Source: a virus | DNA length: 64,000 bases | Direction: 5' to 3' (one strand) | IMG/VR virus record: IMGVR_UViG_3300032214_000789 | Span: 5,327 to 69,326 of that record | Part shown: one piece after another, positions 46,104 through 53,836 of the stretch | Position numbering within the stretch: the first letter of the stretch is position 1 | Layout: every line of letters begins with the position of its first letter | Notes under the pieces: model-generated | Told to the model about the DNA's origin: nothing | What the model saw: the letters and a program-made list of their open reading frames with translations, nothing else | Databases searched by the model: none | Translations under genes and position numbers: made by a program

Positions 46104-47030
46104 TCAGTCTTCTGCCAAACGGGCGAAGTAAGAAAGTGCATCATCGTCTTCATCCTCTTCTGCAGGGGCAGCAGCACGGCGAGTGGGTTGAAGATTGTTC
46201 AGTTCAGAACGAAGATCATCATCAAGTTCCTTCACAGGACCACGAGAATATTCTTCCTCTTCGGCAACTTCTTCATCTACACGGCGGGAACCTTTGGAAC
46301 CCAGCACATACTCAAGGCGCTTCTTCAGTTCATCATAAGATTTAAACTGATCAGCAGCAACAAGTTCAGCAAGAGAATACTGCTTCTTCCACACTGCTTC
46401 CATCTCATCATCATCGTCCAGCAGAGAACCTTGCTTTGCAAACTCGCTGGAGTCATAGTTACGATAACCAGCAACGTTCTTTGCCTTCAGTTTGAAGTTA
46501 GCACCTTGCCAGAAGTCAAAGGGATCAATTGCTTCCTCATCTTCAAATTCAGGTTGCATCGCTTCGGTAATCTTATCAAAGATTTTCTTACCGTATTTGA
46601 AGAGGAAAACTTTACCTTCGTTTTCGGGATTGGCAGGATCCTTTACCACATAGATGTTGGAGATGTAAGTCAGTTTGCGCTTCTGCTTACGTGCTTGCTC
46701 TTTGCCAACATCGGTGCCGTTGTTCCACAGCAGAGTATTGTGCTCGGAAACGGGATCTTTTTGCCCCAGAGTGGTCAGAGAGTTTTCAATGTACCAACCA
46801 CCAGGACCTTGGAATGCGTGACTGTAGAGTTTCACAAACGGCAGGTCTTCGCCGTTAGGAGCAGGAAGGAAACGGATTACGGCATAACCATTGCCGCTTT
46901 TATCTACATCGAGTTTCCATACACGGTCATCACTAGAACCGCTACTAGTATTCATTTTTTCGACTTCTTTCACCAGTTTTGCGGTGAGAGAACCCAGTTT
47001 GGATTGTTTCTTAAGATCTGCGAAAGACAT
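46104..47030 (-). CDS. gp32: single-stranded DNA-binding protein gp32
   Basis: GNGYAVIRFLP, HAFQGPGGWYIENSLTT, FKYGKKIFDKI, NYDSSEF, acidic tail. Confidence 0.97.
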   Translation of the reverse strand: MSFADLKKQSKLGSLTAKLVKEVEKMNTSSGSSDDRVWKLDVDKSGNGYAVIRFLPAPNGEDLPFVKLYSHAFQGPGGWYIENSLTTLGQKDPVSEHNTLLWNNGTDVGKEQARKQKRKLTYISNIYVVKDPANPENEGKVFLFKYGKKIFDKITEAMQPEFEDEEAIDPFDFWQGANFKLKAKNVAGYRNYDSSEFAKQGSLLDDDDEMEAVWKKQYSLAELVAADQFKSYDELKKRLEYVLGSKGSRRVDEEVAEEEEYSRGPVKELDDDLRSELNNLQPTRRAAAPAEEDEDDDALSYFARLAED

Positions 47031-47072
47031 TAGATTACCTCGGATTAATTGGATTTGGAGGATTACTTGGAT

Positions 47073-47101
47073 AGTATAGCAGGGTTTCCTTCAGGCGTCA
47101 A
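47073..47101 (-). promoter_or_regulatory. sigma70-type promoter of gp32
   Basis: TTGACG-17 nt-TATACT. Confidence 0.75.
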
Positions 47102-47423
47102 GGTATTGCTTGAGGGATTCAATTGTTTTGTTCATACTACTGAACAATAAATTCATATCAGTTTCTGGTGGAAATCCCATCAGAGCAACTGATTTTCTCA
47201 AATTCTCTTTCATTTCAACCGCTTGGGGGTCATCTGAAAGAGACAACCGTGTATACATTACACGTTGCTTTTCTAATAAAGTGGTCAATTTTTCAATATG
47301 TTCCAGTTTATCTTCACGGGTCATCATTCCGAAAGTAAGAATACTCCCGTAAATTTTTTCTTGTAATTTGTTGATTTCTCTCAATTCTTCCTGAATAATA
47401 TCAGAATCAAAAAAACTACTCAT
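47091..47423 (-). CDS. conserved cyanophage protein (DUF1825-like)
   Basis: FFDSDIIQEE...LLEKQRVMYTRLSLSDDP. Confidence 0.7.
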   Translation of the reverse strand: MSSFFDSDIIQEELREINKLQEKIYGSILTFGMMTREDKLEHIEKLTTLLEKQRVMYTRLSLSDDPQAVEMKENLRKSVALMGFPPETDMNLLFSSMNKTIESLKQYLDA

Positions 47424-48006
47424 CAACAATTCTCCTCAAAATTTTTTTAAACTGGAATACATCAATATTTAGGAATGGATTATATTTTTTAACTTTCAAA
47501 CTTACGGTTTCCCACACTGGATCAATCAGTTTAGTGTCAAAACTTTTTGAAAAATGGAATATTTTTTCGTAAATTGTAAAGGTTTCTAATGATATTTTCC
47601 CGCTTAGAAACTTTTTGAGGAGTATTGGATGTCCCTTGGAACAATTGAACGCATCCTCTAATTTTGTTTGTGAGAACAATTCTTCCGATTGTTCTCTGAA
47701 CAAGTAAGTCAAACTCTGTTGCCTCCGCATCCATTCTGCGTAGGTTCTTTCCCCAGAATTTATAATTTCTCCAATCCATAAGTTTGATGGGTTATCGGCG
47801 GAAACAAAGTTTGAAAGTAAGAAGTCAATTACTTCTTTATCGGAATATTTTCGACTGGTTTTTTCAAACCAGTACTTGTCTTTTCTTTTATTAAATGATG
47901 CAATTGTTGCTCTAGACTTACCCCCATACTTAAAAAAGTCATATTTACTGTTAGTAAAATGACTTTTCATAGAAAGATAAGTTTGATATGTCTCAAACGG
48001 ACTCAT
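47416..48006 (-). CDS. gp59: helicase loader gp59
   Basis: YQTYLSMKSHFT...YDFFKYGGK...FNKRKDKYWF...ISLETF. Confidence 0.9.
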   Translation of the reverse strand: MSPFETYQTYLSMKSHFTNSKYDFFKYGGKSRATIASFNKRKDKYWFEKTSRKYSDKEVIDFLLSNFVSADNPSNLWIGEIINSGERTYAEWMRRQQSLTYLFREQSEELFSQTKLEDAFNCSKGHPILLKKFLSGKISLETFTIYEKIFHFSKSFDTKLIDPVWETVSLKVKKYNPFLNIDVFQFKKILRRIVDE

Positions 48007-48263
48007 AAAGGAAGTTTAGCTCGTGAAGTTTTCTTCATAAAGTTTAGACGTGTTGCGTCCCACTTTAACTTTTCTTTCAAAGGTTTTGAAATTATTTTAG
48101 TGATTGATTCTATTTCAATTTCATTTACTTCACAATAATAAACGATAGCATCAATATAGTTAATTTTTTCGGCAACTACAATTTTTTCAATTTCTAACGC
48201 AAATTTAGATGGTGTTAGAAATTTGTTTTCTATTACTTTTTCTATTTCTTTATTTTGTTCCAT
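48003..48263 (-). CDS. gp33: late promoter transcription coactivator gp33
   Basis: FALEIEKIV...NYIDAIVYYCE...SKPLKEKL..DATRLNF; start taken at ATG 48263. Confidence 0.88.
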   Translation of the reverse strand: MEQNKEIEKVIENKFLTPSKFALEIEKIVVAEKINYIDAIVYYCEVNEIEIESITKIISKPLKEKLKWDATRLNFMKKTSRAKLPL

Positions 48264-48933
48264 ATGATTCCAATTTATCTCTAACAAACTCTCTAATGTA
48301 TTCGGTGAGTAGTTTGATGTACTTTGATTTGTCTCTTTCTTCATAAACGATACATTCTCCATTTTCGCAAGCCATGATAATTACAAGTTTTTTTACGGGT
48401 ATGTTAGTAAGTTCATAGAACATACACGCATAAGCAGCACATTGAACAAAATAATGCTCAATCCACTCCCGTGGTTTTGGTTTTTTAGATGTTTTAAAGT
48501 CGATTATTGCTAATTCGCCATCAAACTCTGCAATACAATCTACAGTTCCTGCTACTCCAAGAATTTTGCTGTATAAGGAACTTTCAAGAGCATGAATATT
48601 ATTTATACGATTTAGATCTGGTTTGGCAATTTTAAATAAAAATTGTGACAAAGGTTGAACCTCTGGAAGATCTTCGTTTTTTAAAAGATGTTCAACCAAA
48701 GTATGCATATCAGTTCCCCGACTAGTTGCCTGTCGAGTAATCTTATCTGCCTCTTCTTCTCCAACTTTCTTACGCCATTTTGCAAAAAACTGGCGGTTTT
48801 TGTGACTAGTAACAGAAGTGATAGAAACTAGACGAAGAAGTTCTTCTAAATCTGGAACTTTATAATAACGAACACCATCTATAGTCTCCCGTTCAAGTTT
48901 AGGAAGAATGATATCAACATGGTTAAAATTCAT
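48250..48933 (-). CDS. PD-(D/E)XK exonuclease
   Basis: SITSV...RGTDMH...AGTVDCIAEFDGELAIIDFKTS...YFVQCAAY. Confidence 0.9.
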   Translation of the reverse strand: MNFNHVDIILPKLERETIDGVRYYKVPDLEELLRLVSITSVTSHKNRQFFAKWRKKVGEEEADKITRQATSRGTDMHTLVEHLLKNEDLPEVQPLSQFLFKIAKPDLNRINNIHALESSLYSKILGVAGTVDCIAEFDGELAIIDFKTSKKPKPREWIEHYFVQCAAYACMFYELTNIPVKKLVIIMACENGECIVYEERDKSKYIKLLTEYIREFVRDKLESYGTK

Positions 48934-49712
48934 AACATTTTTATAAAAAACGGTTGAGTTAGTCGGTCTTCAAAATCATTAACATAAAAATGACTTGCTG
49001 TATGAAAATAACTAGAATCGTATAAAACTATTCTATTATAAACATTTTCAACTTCAAATACTTTTTCAAATTTAGAATCTGAAAGTTTTTTATTTTGTAA
49101 TAAAAAATTCCAATATTTATGTTTCACAAAAGGATTGTACAAATTTGTGTATTCCTGAAACAATTCCGAATAATCGTACTCATCAAATAATGAATTAAAT
49201 ATTTTAAAATTGTCATTATCTGTTATTTTTATTTGATTATCTTTAGTACATTTCATTTTAAAAAAACTTGTTCCAGAACTTGAAGTAGTTTTTTTATTTA
49301 AATATACTAATCCAGCATATGCATTTTTATTATTTTCACGAATATAATCTAATGAATCTACATGAATATAACCTGTATTAAAAGGAGATTCGAGATTTCT
49401 ATGAAATAATGGTATTTTATGGAATCCTATTTCAAGATTAAAATTTTTATCATTAAAAATTGGTATTTTTTTATTAAATAACTCCAAAAAGTGCAATTGA
49501 CAATTTTTTAAATCAATATTTATATTTTTTTCATTAATACTTACAAATTCTTTATTTATTGTTACCGATTTGGATCTAATTCCAGGATAATTAGTATTAC
49601 TATAAAAATGATAGTTTGTATTTAAAGCAAGTTCCCTTACTTGATCTGGATCATCATAAAAATCATCCAAATACCATACATCATAATTAGAGATTTGAGT
49701 TAATTTTTGCAA
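48930..49712 (-). CDS. 2OG-Fe(II) oxygenase-like protein (DUF6445-like)
   Basis: DDFYDDPDQVR, YPGIRS, IHVD, AGLVYL, GTSFF, YNRIVLYD..YFH, RLTQPFF. Confidence 0.75.
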   Translation of the reverse strand: MQKLTQISNYDVWYLDDFYDDPDQVRELALNTNYHFYSNTNYPGIRSKSVTINKEFVSINEKNINIDLKNCQLHFLELFNKKIPIFNDKNFNLEIGFHKIPLFHRNLESPFNTGYIHVDSLDYIRENNKNAYAGLVYLNKKTTSSSGTSFFKMKCTKDNQIKITDNDNFKIFNSLFDEYDYSELFQEYTNLYNPFVKHKYWNFLLQNKKLSDSKFEKVFEVENVYNRIVLYDSSYFHTASHFYVNDFEDRLTQPFFIKML

Positions 49713-50445
49713 CTATATACTCCTTAACAAGTCCAGAGCGAACAATATCATCAACTTCAAATTCAATTAATTCAATAGATGGCATGGATCTCAAAATTTT
49801 CATAAAATCAATAATTCCGTTACGATCGTTAGTTTTTTGAAGATCCGATTGTGTAGCATCTCCGCAAAACATAATCTTGGAATTTTCACCAATACGAGTA
49901 ATTATACTATCCAATTCATGAAAGGTCAAATTTTGAAATTCGTCAACAATTACAATAGCATTATCAAGTGTCGTTCCACGAAGAAAAGAGGTACTCCAAA
50001 ATTTAATGGTTTCTTGAGACTTTAAATTGCCATAAAGCATTTCAAAATCTGCATCAGTAGGCATTTGGAACATATATTTTACCATATTCTTGTATGGAAT
50101 CTGGTAAATATCTGCCTTATCATCGTGAGTTCCTGGAAGAAATCCAATTTCACGAGTTGCAACAAGAGAACGAACTAAATAAATTCTCTCATATGGACTG
50201 TTTTCATCTAAAACATCACATAAAGCATTATAAAGAGTGATAAAAGTTTTACCAGTTCCAGCACATCCGTAAGCAACTACATGTTTATTTTGAGCATAAG
50301 CATCAAAAAACTTTTTTTGATTGTCCGTAACTGGTTCAATATCTAAAAGATAATCAGAACTTAAAGGCTTTCTCCTTTTCATCTGCTTTGCCGTGAGTCC
50401 AACCCCGATTGGTTGCTCTGCAGATCCTCTTTTTCTTCTTGCCAT
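49687..50445 (-). CDS. phoH: PhoH-like ATPase
   Basis: GCAGTGKT, REIGFLPG, SFLRGTTL, VDEFQN, GDATQSDL, DIVRSGLV. Confidence 0.95.
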   Translation of the reverse strand: MARRKRGSAEQPIGVGLTAKQMKRRKPLSSDYLLDIEPVTDNQKKFFDAYAQNKHVVAYGCAGTGKTFITLYNALCDVLDENSPYERIYLVRSLVATREIGFLPGTHDDKADIYQIPYKNMVKYMFQMPTDADFEMLYGNLKSQETIKFWSTSFLRGTTLDNAIVIVDEFQNLTFHELDSIITRIGENSKIMFCGDATQSDLQKTNDRNGIIDFMKILRSMPSIELIEFEVDDIVRSGLVKEYIVAKINSNL

Positions 50446-50446
50446 A

Positions 50447-50689
50447 CTAGATTTTCTTTACGTTAGATCCAGGCATTTTTGCTGCACGTCCTAAAACGTC
50501 GTTCCACCCTGGGTTTTTACTAATAAGTTTGTTTTGCCAATCTCCAACTTCACCTGGAGTTGCACATCCTTCCGACCAATCCCTCTGCCATTCGGGATTG
50601 TCTTTATACCACTGCATAATGTCGTTGACACTCATCTCAACAACTTTTTTTTCACCTGTTTCTTTATGAATAATTGGATATATTGCCAT
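50447..50689 (-). CDS. conserved cyanophage hypothetical protein upstream of phoH
   Basis: MAIYPIIHKETGE...PGWNDVL; CTAAATA at 50718-50712. Confidence 0.8.
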   Translation of the reverse strand: MAIYPIIHKETGEKKVVEMSVNDIMQWYKDNPEWQRDWSEGCATPGEVGDWQNKLISKNPGWNDVLGRAAKMPGSNVKKI

Positions 50690-50714
50690 AAGTTAAGAAT
50701 TCAAGATAATTTAT

Positions 50715-51347
50715 TTAGACCCATTCAAGAGCTTCTGACACTGATGGAAACTGCTCTTTGAAAATTTCTTTACAGGCAAGTGCAATATCCATGTGTTCCT
50801 TTTGAGTACCATTTGCAGAACGAAGATTAATATAATGAATCCAACTGCGGCAAGAACCCGTCATATAGATGCGTGTGGGCGTTGCCAAGGGCAATACAAA
50901 CCTTGCACACTCTTTTGCTATTCCCTTATCAAGAAGTTCCTTGTAGAGTTGCATAGACTCCTTAAAATGATCATTAATCTTTAACCAAAGATCTTGTTTT
51001 GCATCCTCATCAATATCATCAATTGAGTTTTGACGATTCTTCGTATCTTGACGACGAAGATCGGGAACAGGGATTTCTCCTAACAAAGAAGAATCTGCAT
51101 AGCGTTGCGAAAATTCTTGATATGTAAATGAACGGTGCCGTAAAATTTGTGCCGCGATACCACGATTCGTTTCAATTTCAAGCGTCATAGAAGACTGTTC
51201 AAAAACAGACCAATGATTATGCTTAATACAATAAGCAAGCAACTTGGCATAGTTTTCGTTGTCTTGATTCGCAGGATTGCTAACTCGTGCAATAAATGCC
51301 ATTGTTTTTTCTGCATCTGGTGTTACGCTAATCAGTTTTACAGTCAT
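50715..51347 (-). CDS. thyX: flavin-dependent thymidylate synthase
   Basis: [23 protein letters not shown] signature, [10 protein letters not shown]. Confidence 0.96.
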   Translation of the reverse strand: MTVKLISVTPDAEKTMAFIARVSNPANQDNENYAKLLAYCIKHNHWSVFEQSSMTLEIETNRGIAAQILRHRSFTYQEFSQRYADSSLLGEIPVPDLRRQDTKNRQNSIDDIDEDAKQDLWLKINDHFKESMQLYKELLDKGIAKECARFVLPLATPTRIYMTGSCRSWIHYINLRSANGTQKEHMDIALACKEIFKEQFPSVSEALEWV

Positions 51348-51511
51348 TTCTTTCCAAATCCTTTTGATGTTTGTGCTTCCAAATCTGTGAGTTCTTGCTT
51401 TACGACTCGCAGTTGTTTTTTCATTTCAATTAATTGTTCATTATCATATAAATGATCTTGTTTAATTAATCGTTCTAATAATTTTACCAATTCTCTTGCT
51501 CTATTACTCAT
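51344..51511 (-). CDS. conserved small cyanophage protein (55 aa)
   Basis: Hand-translated [22 protein letters not shown]...KGFGKK; ATGA overlap with thyX. Confidence 0.75.
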   Translation of the reverse strand: MSNRARELVKLLERLIKQDHLYDNEQLIEMKKQLRVVKQELTDLEAQTSKGFGKK

Positions 51512-51674
51512 TTAAATCAGAATCCTCAAAGATTTCATCGTAATCTAAAATTGGTTTTTTTCTCATCGGTTCCATAGGAATATACGCAGAAGTATCAGAG
51601 TAAACTTCTGCCTTCAAAGAATCGACCAGTAATTCAAGATTACGAACAATAAGTTTTAATTTTTCTTTGTCCAT
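51504..51674 (-). CDS. conserved small cyanophage protein (56 aa)
   Basis: Hand-translated MDKEKLKLIVRNLELLVDSLKAEVYSD...DYDEIFED. Confidence 0.75.
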   Translation of the reverse strand: MDKEKLKLIVRNLELLVDSLKAEVYSDTSAYIPMEPMRKKPILDYDEIFEDSDLNE

Positions 51675-51705
51675 ACCTTATAGTTACCTCAATTCATTTT
51701 AGCAT

Positions 51706-51732
51706 AAAAAAAGGAGGGGATCAACCCTCCTT
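51706..51732 (-). terminator. intrinsic terminator closing the peptide cassette
   Basis: Minus strand AAGGAGGG-TTGATC-CCCTCCTT followed by a T-run. Confidence 0.8.
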
Positions 51733-51736
51733 CATA

Positions 51737-51838
51737 TCAAGCAATTTGTGGTTGCTTTGCCATATTCAGTTGTGCATTATGGAGGAGTTGCTCCTTCTTT
51801 GCCTTTTTCTTGAGATAGCGAACGAAGTAAGTATTCAT
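51737..51838 (-). CDS. 33-aa basic peptide translationally coupled to the DUF4278-like peptide
   Basis: MNTYFVRYLKKKAKKEQLLHNAQLNMAKQPQIA; ATGA overlap; AAGGAGG upstream within the previous ORF. Confidence 0.7.
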   Translation of the reverse strand: MNTYFVRYLKKKAKKEQLLHNAQLNMAKQPQIA

Positions 51839-51972
51839 TTGTGCCCCTCCTTTACAAACTTAACACCACGATAGGTTTCGTTGTATTGTTGGGGTTGCTG
51901 CATCATTTGTTGCTGATACTGAATACGCTTTTCAGTATCATACTCGATACCACGATATACGACTTTTGACAT
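51835..51972 (-). CDS. DUF4278-like (YRG-motif) 45-aa peptide
   Basis: MSKVVYRGIEYD...NETYRGVKFVKEGHK with two YRG motifs; AAGGAG RBS. Confidence 0.85.
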   Translation of the reverse strand: MSKVVYRGIEYDTEKRIQYQQQMMQQPQQYNETYRGVKFVKEGHK

Positions 51973-52003
51973 TAGGTTTCTCCTTAGTTTTTAAGTTAAA
52001 GAG

Positions 52004-52099
52004 CGTTCCTTCAGTCGGCGTTTGCGTTCGCTATTTGCGAATAGCGAATGAACGATCCGTTCCGCGTCGGCTTACTTCCGTCTGATTTTCAGATGAACG
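52004..52099 (-). ncRNA. tandem glutamine riboswitch-like aptamers (glnA / Downstream-peptide class)
   Basis: Unit A 52099-52058 CGTTCATCTGAAAATCAGACGGAAGTAAGCCGACGCGGAACG; unit B 52054-52004 CGTTCATTCGCTATTCGCAAATAGCGAACGCAAACGCCGACTGAAGGAACG; each closed by CGTTC/GAACG; directly upstream of a YRG peptide. Confidence 0.8.
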
Positions 52100-52106
52100 T
52101 AAGGTC

Positions 52107-52135
52107 ATTATAGACCTGTTAGATTTATATAGCAA
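52107..52135 (-). promoter_or_regulatory. sigma70-type promoter of the riboswitch cassette
   Basis: TTGCTA-17 nt-TATAAT ending 7 nt before aptamer A. Confidence 0.7.
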
Positions 52136-52143
52136 GTTTATTT

Positions 52144-52159
52144 TGTAACATCTGTTACA
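52144..52159. promoter_or_regulatory. NtcA binding site
   Basis: TGTAACA-TC-TGTTACA inverted repeat = TGTA-N8-TACA, just upstream of the -35. Confidence 0.75.
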
Positions 52160-52180
52160 ATTTTAAAAAATCTTAAGGGC

Positions 52181-52209
52181 AAAAAAATACCTGGAATTTT
52201 TTTCCAGGT
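52181..52209 (-). terminator. intrinsic terminator insulating the cassette from upstream genes
   Basis: Minus strand ACCTGGAA-loop-TTCCAGGT followed by A-T7. Confidence 0.75.
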
Positions 52210-52219
52210 CCAGGGGAAA

Positions 52220-52594
52220 TTACTTCCTCTTTTTCTTTTCGGGAGATTTATAACCCCAAAGTTTTGGATTGGTTCTTCCATATCCAAAATCAATTTTTTG
52301 GATTACTTCAGGTCCAAACTTATCGTAGTATAGATCAAAAATTCTAGAACGAGTTCCTCTACACAGATCCATATGAACTTCTTCGCCAACTTGATACCAA
52401 ATTAGATATGCATCATTGGGCCAAGATGAATCTTTTACTTGATCTATGGTTCCATTTTCAATCAAAATTTGACACCCATACCTAGGAGGAAGAGACTCCT
52501 TTTCTTCTTTTGTCCATTCAGTCATGTCTTCCTCCTTTCCTTGAGCCCGTTGAATTACATTACGAAGTTTACTACTCATACACGATTTCCCCAT
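52220..52594 (-). CDS. conserved cyanophage hypothetical protein
   Basis: ORF track; PNDAYLIWY...IFDLYYDKFG...FGYGRTNPKLWG. Confidence 0.75.
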   Translation of the reverse strand: MGKSCMSSKLRNVIQRAQGKEEDMTEWTKEEKESLPPRYGCQILIENGTIDQVKDSSWPNDAYLIWYQVGEEVHMDLCRGTRSRIFDLYYDKFGPEVIQKIDFGYGRTNPKLWGYKSPEKKKRK

Positions 52595-53187
52595 TTAATA
52601 TCAGGATATGCTTCAGAAACAATCTCTTTTGAAATATTATATTTTGTTCCCAATCTTTTATCTTTAACAAGAATAAGAATTTCTGCCTCAAGAGGATGAA
52701 GACCTTGAAGCATGTTGATAAACATAGTTTCTCTACGAAGAGAACTTAACCCATCATTACCACCACGAATAAAGTTATAAAAACGTGTGTATTCTTTACG
52801 GATTGTAGTTTGCCCCTGATCATTCATTCCTAAAGAATTAGATCCAAGTTCTTCCATTTTACCAACTGCATCACGAACTTTATCACTTACAGTGCCACTA
52901 AATGAATTTTGTTCACCAGTGCTGGCATAAGGAACATCACCTTCTGGAAGAGATGAGATTAAACTTTCGTCAAAATTCCAAATAAAAATTGCTTTTAAGG
53001 AAAGATCTCCATATCTCTTAAGCAATTCTACTTTTTTATCATTAGTTTTTTGACTAGAAACTAATTCCAAAACCTCAAATGCAAAAGGATTTGTTGGAAG
53101 ATCTTCTGATAATTTTTTAGTAGGAGTAGATGCCGTTTTTGGTTTGGGTGTTCTACTCGTCTTCTTCTGCGCTGTCGTCGTTGTCAT
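52576..53187 (-). CDS. conserved T4-like hypothetical protein (DUF6433-like)
   Basis: WNFD...LPEGDVPY...RRETMFINMLQGLHPLEAEIL; start taken at ATG 53187. Confidence 0.75.
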   Translation of the reverse strand: MTTTTAQKKTSRTPKPKTASTPTKKLSEDLPTNPFAFEVLELVSSQKTNDKKVELLKRYGDLSLKAIFIWNFDESLISSLPEGDVPYASTGEQNSFSGTVSDKVRDAVGKMEELGSNSLGMNDQGQTTIRKEYTRFYNFIRGGNDGLSSLRRETMFINMLQGLHPLEAEILILVKDKRLGTKYNISKEIVSEAYPDIKWGNRV

Positions 53188-53380
53188 AATAGTTCTCAAA
53201 ATTAAATGCAATTACCTCATCGGGTATTAGATTACCCTGCGAATCAAACATTTCAGGGTGAGGTCTTGGTATTTCCCTGTAATTCATCATATATTCTCTA
53301 GCGACCCATCCAGATAGCAGTCCAACAATAAAAAATAAAATGGTTATGAATGAACCAAACACTAAACTTGTTGCTAACAT
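53153..53380 (-). CDS. small membrane protein, conserved in cyanophages
   Basis: N-terminal TM helix; HPEMFDSQGNLIPDEVIAFNFEN. Confidence 0.75.
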   Translation of the reverse strand: MLATSLVFGSFITILFFIVGLLSGWVAREYMMNYREIPRPHPEMFDSQGNLIPDEVIAFNFENYYDNDDSAEEDE

Positions 53381-53583
53381 TTTTTTCTTCCTCGGGAACT
53401 ACTGGACTTCTTTATACTTAAAGAAAATTCAAAATAGATGGTCACTTCCCGTTTGAGAAAGCAAACCAGCTTTTCAAAAATGATGTGAAAATCTTTGGGT
53501 TGCTTTCTCTTACCTCCTTTTAAGATAAGTTCTAGTCCACGATTAACATGGATCTTGGAATTATTTATGTTCGTATCAGACAA
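53374..53583 (-). CDS. small hypothetical protein
   Basis: ORF track; coupled with neighbours. Confidence 0.6.
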   Translation of the reverse strand: MSDTNINNSKIHVNRGLELILKGGKRKQPKDFHIIFEKLVCFLKREVTIYFEFSLSIKKSSSSRGRKKC

Positions 53584-53812
53584 TTTGCTTTTCTTTTAAA
53601 AATTTAACAGTATCTGTACAACCACCAAGTTTTTCTGAATTACATAAAACTTGTGGAAAAGTAGATCCTTCACCAAATTCAGCATAAAACTGTTCTTTGG
53701 TAAAATCTTCTCCTAAAGTATACTCCACAAACTTGTTTCCTGTCAACTCTAATACTTGTTTAACTTTATAACAATAAGGGCAATCTGTTTTTGTGTAAAC
53801 TGTAAAATTCAT
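53576..53812 (-). CDS. nrdC: glutaredoxin
   Basis: CPYC active site, TFPQV, LGGCTDT. Confidence 0.92.
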   Translation of the reverse strand: MNFTVYTKTDCPYCYKVKQVLELTGNKFVEYTLGEDFTKEQFYAEFGEGSTFPQVLCNSEKLGGCTDTVKFLKEKQIV

Positions 53813-53836
53813 ATCTATGTAAATTTTAAATATTAT

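Noticed and set aside
46188-47033. 281-aa plus-strand ORF
   Set aside because: Antisense to the clearly identified gp32; explained by codon bias
48250-48933. Exonuclease as Cas4 of a CRISPR system
   Set aside because: Lacks the Fe-S cysteine cluster; standard T4-like cyanophage exonuclease in its usual context
50440-50720. Pho box upstream of phoH
   Set aside because: No convincing direct repeat found by eye; only a late-type CTAAATA
52113-52159. Canonical class II NtcA-activated promoter
   Set aside because: Box-to--10 spacing is about 32 nt rather than about 22 nt, so activation versus repression cannot be called from sequence
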